A stretch of DNA of 64,000 nucleotides from Heptranchias perlo (taxonomy: Eukaryota). Position numbers and translations under genes: made by a program. The notes beneath the pieces are model-generated. The model saw nothing but the letters and a program-made list of their open reading frames with translations. It was not told the DNA's origin and searched no databases. The stretch covers positions 13,206,001 to 13,270,000 of the forward strand of contig NC_090356.1 in the NCBI RefSeq assembly GCF_035084215.1, in the 5' to 3' direction. Each line of letters opens with the position of its first letter. Position 1 is the first letter of the stretch. Positions 60,246 through 64,000 of this stretch are shown in pieces.

Positions 60246-63200
60246 TTGAAATGATGCAGTATGGCGTCACTTTGAGAAATACTTAGTGAAATATTTTCAA
60301 AATGTGTACTATTTGTTCTAGAATCATCCAGAAGAAATTACTGGATTCTCCCAAACTGTAATTGCTTTTGGTTGCTAAATGGCTTGGTATCTATACTAAT
60401 AAAATTACTTAAACCTTCTTCTGGTATTGTGTCACAAATTTTCAATTTTTTAAAGAAAAGGCACTGGAAACCTCTTTCTCCTCTATTTGTGTGCTGATTA
60501 ACAAAGTTGCCTGAAGCATCACAGTTCCCACTAAGTGAGGTAGATCTTGACTTTGTGCGACAGTGTAAAATGGCAAATAGCAAGTCGGCAGCCCGTTTTA
60601 CATCTCTCCTGATTTTTATTTCCATTGAAGTCAATCATCTGTTTATCACACAAAGTCAAGATCTACCCCGATGACTTTTGACAGGTAATGAAAGGTGGTG
60701 AACATCGGGGAGCACAGGTGGGCTGGGGGATTGCCCAGAGATTGTGAGAGGTAGCAAAGAAGACAGTGAGGAACTTAGGTAGGCAAGATTCAAGTAGTGG
60801 GGGAAAATAGGTAGGTCTTAAATCACTCAGGCTCCAAGAAGTGGTGTAAATGGAGTTTTGCTTGGCGTTCACTATGAACAGGTTTTACTCTACTAAAGAA
60901 AAGTGGGCACTTGGTAAGATGATTGGAAGCCATGAGAAGCAGGTGGTCAGTGGGGTGCTCAGAGGCTGTGAGAAGTGGAAAGAGAAATGGGCAACTGCTG
61001 TGGAAGGAGGATGGGGAAGCAGCAGGAAGGTGGGCAAGTGAGGCTATTGCAAATACAGGGTAAGGGAGATGCTTGGAAGAGGGATGAAGTGGCAGCAGAG
61101 ATGAAAAGAAATGGGGAGGCTAAGGTAGATGGGTGTCAGAAAAAGAAAATGGTGGGGTGGGGGCAGAGTTGGGCAACAAATGCTGCAGCTCCCCCAGTAG
61201 TGGGAGGACTGAGTAGCAGGTGTTACAGTGTTACTTATTAAAAATAATAGAAGCAGAAGTTATTGTTACAGTTTATGGTTTACCTCTTGGTATTATCAAT
61301 GTTACAAAAGTGGTACTAAATTGTGACAGCAGGAATTAGGCATGAATAACAGAAAGTCTACCATGTAGGGGATAACATCAGTGCCACTGATTTACAGTGA
61401 CTGAATAAGTCAAATTCCATTTTTCCTGATGCTTTGGGGATTGAATTCCACAACTCTAACCACTAGTCTGAGAAAACTGTAAATGGCCTTTATTTCATAT
61501 ATTCCTTTACCTATGTATTTGATTTTTATCCCTTACCATTTTTAAAGGTGAGTGTACAGGGCAAGGTGGTATGCAAGAGGCAAAATTGGAGGTAGATATT
61601 TGGGTCCTGAGATTCTGTGCGAGCTCTCATGGTCCTCTGCCGCACTTTGGGACATCCTGAAGTCATGAAAGGCATTATATAAATGCAAGTTCTCGCTCTT
61701 CATTGTGTCAACATAACATAGGTAATAATCAGGTGATAATTGGAGGCTGTTTGCTTCAAAATTCAACTAATTTTTAAAAAATGAACTCAAATTAAGAAGA
61801 GAAAAGACACTTTGTGTCTCTCAGCTTATACACTTTCTGAAGTTTATAGAACACAAAACAAAAATTACAACAGGTGTGTATCAGTGGTCTGGCACACACA
61901 TCTGTCGCTCATGCATTCTTTGTTTTGAATAACCACAGCCTGTCTGTTTTTTAAAAAAACACTCAACCTTTATTCACATAAAATTTATTTTTTGAAATTT
62001 GACTAGTAGCTTTGTTTCAAATAATCTTGAAAAACAACTGAGCAAAAAATATTCCAGTCGTCCAGCATCCTGAGGAACTGAGTATAAGCCCAGATTGCAC
62101 ATTCTGAATTTCAGTGACCAATGTCACAGCTCTGACCAAAAACATCAAATCTAAGCTCAGGCTAGTGGTAGAGATGAATGCCTGCAAGTAAAATTGAAGG
62201 CATTAAAAGACGCAAAAGACAATGACGTGAATAAATGTAGTAATTTTATTGTAAAATATGTGTTTTTTGATTTCCCCCCCCCCTCCCCCTTTTTTGATGT
62301 TTTGGTTATTAGAAATTTTAGTTACTGAGGAAAAAGTGGCACACACAACATTTTCAGGAAGTCATTTGAGTGATTTCTGGGGGAAATTTAGTAGTCACCT
62401 CAAGGCCAGAGGCTGTAATTGCACACTGACAGAAGCTAGTTTACATCATAGACATAAGAATTTACATAGAAAAAAGTGACAACAGTTTGTAGGTTTTGTA
62501 GAGAGGCATTGTAAAGAGATGTACGATTTATAACAAGATATAGATAAATGCTGATCTCGCACTTCATTTAATCTCATTTTTGTTGGTAAGGTATTACAGA
62601 TTTGTTTGTGGCAGTTATATGCACTCACACTCTAGTAATTAATTCTTGCATGCATCATTATCTTTTTAGCAGCATTAAAGCAGTGAGCATACTGTGATAG
62701 AGTACAGAGAGTGAATGATAAAGTCCCTCCACAATTTTAACATTTGGCTATTTATCATGTGTACAGAACACATTTTTGCAAAAAAAAGTTTAGTACAGTT
62801 CAGCAGGCATAGAGGCTCATATTTTTACTCCTGTTGGATGCAGCCTTAAAACTGTTTAGCTAGTTAAATGTCATTGCTACTTAATGATTTTTGACTTCCC
62901 CCTTTGCTTTTCTTCCTTCTTCCCAATGCCATATATAATTTTCTAAGCTGAGAGAACAGGTACACAGCTGGTCACCCTTTACTAGTGCTGCTGTGCAAAT
63001 GACTGTGTATGGGAATGACCTAAGGCTCCCCTGTAAATCTTCCTTCCCCCCCCATTAGAAAAGTGCCTTGAAGATCACCTAGGTGGCTCACTGTGCTAGA
63101 ACACCAGTGAGCCATTGTATGCTTTTCCTGTTTATTTTGATGGCTGTGGGCTACTGAAGAATAATCATAAGTTTACAATAATGGAGAAAGTACCAGTTTT

Positions 63201-64000
63201 GTTGCATATTTCTGTCACAAGCCAGTTTTTTATTTTGAATGAACGTCATCATTTTAGTGATATGGATGAATAAAGCTTGTCTCAAATTGCCTCTTAACTG
63301 AATTACTTTCTGGTAGTACAACACAAACTTGACTCTCTCTATACAAACAGGGCCACAAATCCACTCAATTCACACTGAAAATAATAGAATGTTCTGAAAT
63401 TCCAATGAATAAAATAAAAATGCATAAAACAGTTAATGTTCCTTCATCTAGTAGCAATACAAACAATGCTTTTTTTTCTAAAGCTGCAATAAATGACGAG
63501 TACAAGTTTAAGTAATTTACATTCATATAGCTCCTCACATAAAAGAAACCATTTCAAACACTTTTCTAAATTTCATATTGGAAGAAATTAGGTGAGAAAC
63601 ATCCATGTGGTTCAATTATATTTGGGCTACTTGATCAGTTTTATTAGAATGTATTTTTAAATAGATTCTTCCATTAGGAATTGCTAATAGGTTGTTTAAT
63701 TGTCTCTTTTATATATCTGTTGTACTGCATGCATGAAATTCATTGAATCATTGATTTTTAAAAAAAAGGTAATGATATTGGAAAGATACAAATACTTGGT
63801 ATTATCATGCGAAATGACACCAACTGGACAGCAACTGTCTCACTGTATTGTGCTTTCTGGGTTGTCTGTCTTTTAATCCAAGTAGATGGTAAATTGGATT
63901 ATATTCGGTTGTCACTTTGCTGAGTTCAGACACCCAACCTTGAAAACAGCATGTGGTAATCTATTTCTGAAACCACATTCAATAATTGGCCATGGTAGAA

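Noticed and set aside
60250-64000. Coding exons in the last 3.7 kb
   Set aside because: Only short ORFs without recognisable domains, plus SINE-tail fragments; consistent with intron or intergenic DNA.

Overview
Eukaryotic, repeat-rich vertebrate DNA. The repeat families (CR1, DeuSINE-like, Penelope, Harbinger) point to a cartilaginous fish, which is an inference. Two spliced protein-coding genes can be rebuilt by hand on the + strand. (1) A TNF-receptor-superfamily gene (13856-21350, 5 coding exons, 385 aa) with a signal peptide and TNFRSF14/HVEM-like cysteine-rich domains. It has no visible transmembrane exon and ends in one large exon containing six 11-residue amphipathic repeats, so it is a candidate secreted decoy receptor with an unusual architecture. 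(2) A complete cyclin L gene, most likely CCNL2 (27072-44453, 11 coding exons, 499 aa), with a poison exon in intron 5. A second CpG-rich promoter/first exon lies near 54.0-54.6 kb. The rest is mobile DNA: Penelope-like pieces carrying minimal hammerhead ribozyme motifs (including a palindromic double-ribozyme insert with a 13-bp target duplication), PIF/Harbinger elements and MITEs, CR1, RTE and L2 remnants, SINEs, and a near-full-length LINE that appears to have an inverted tRNA-like 5' head. All coordinates were read by eye, and repeat boundaries are approximate.
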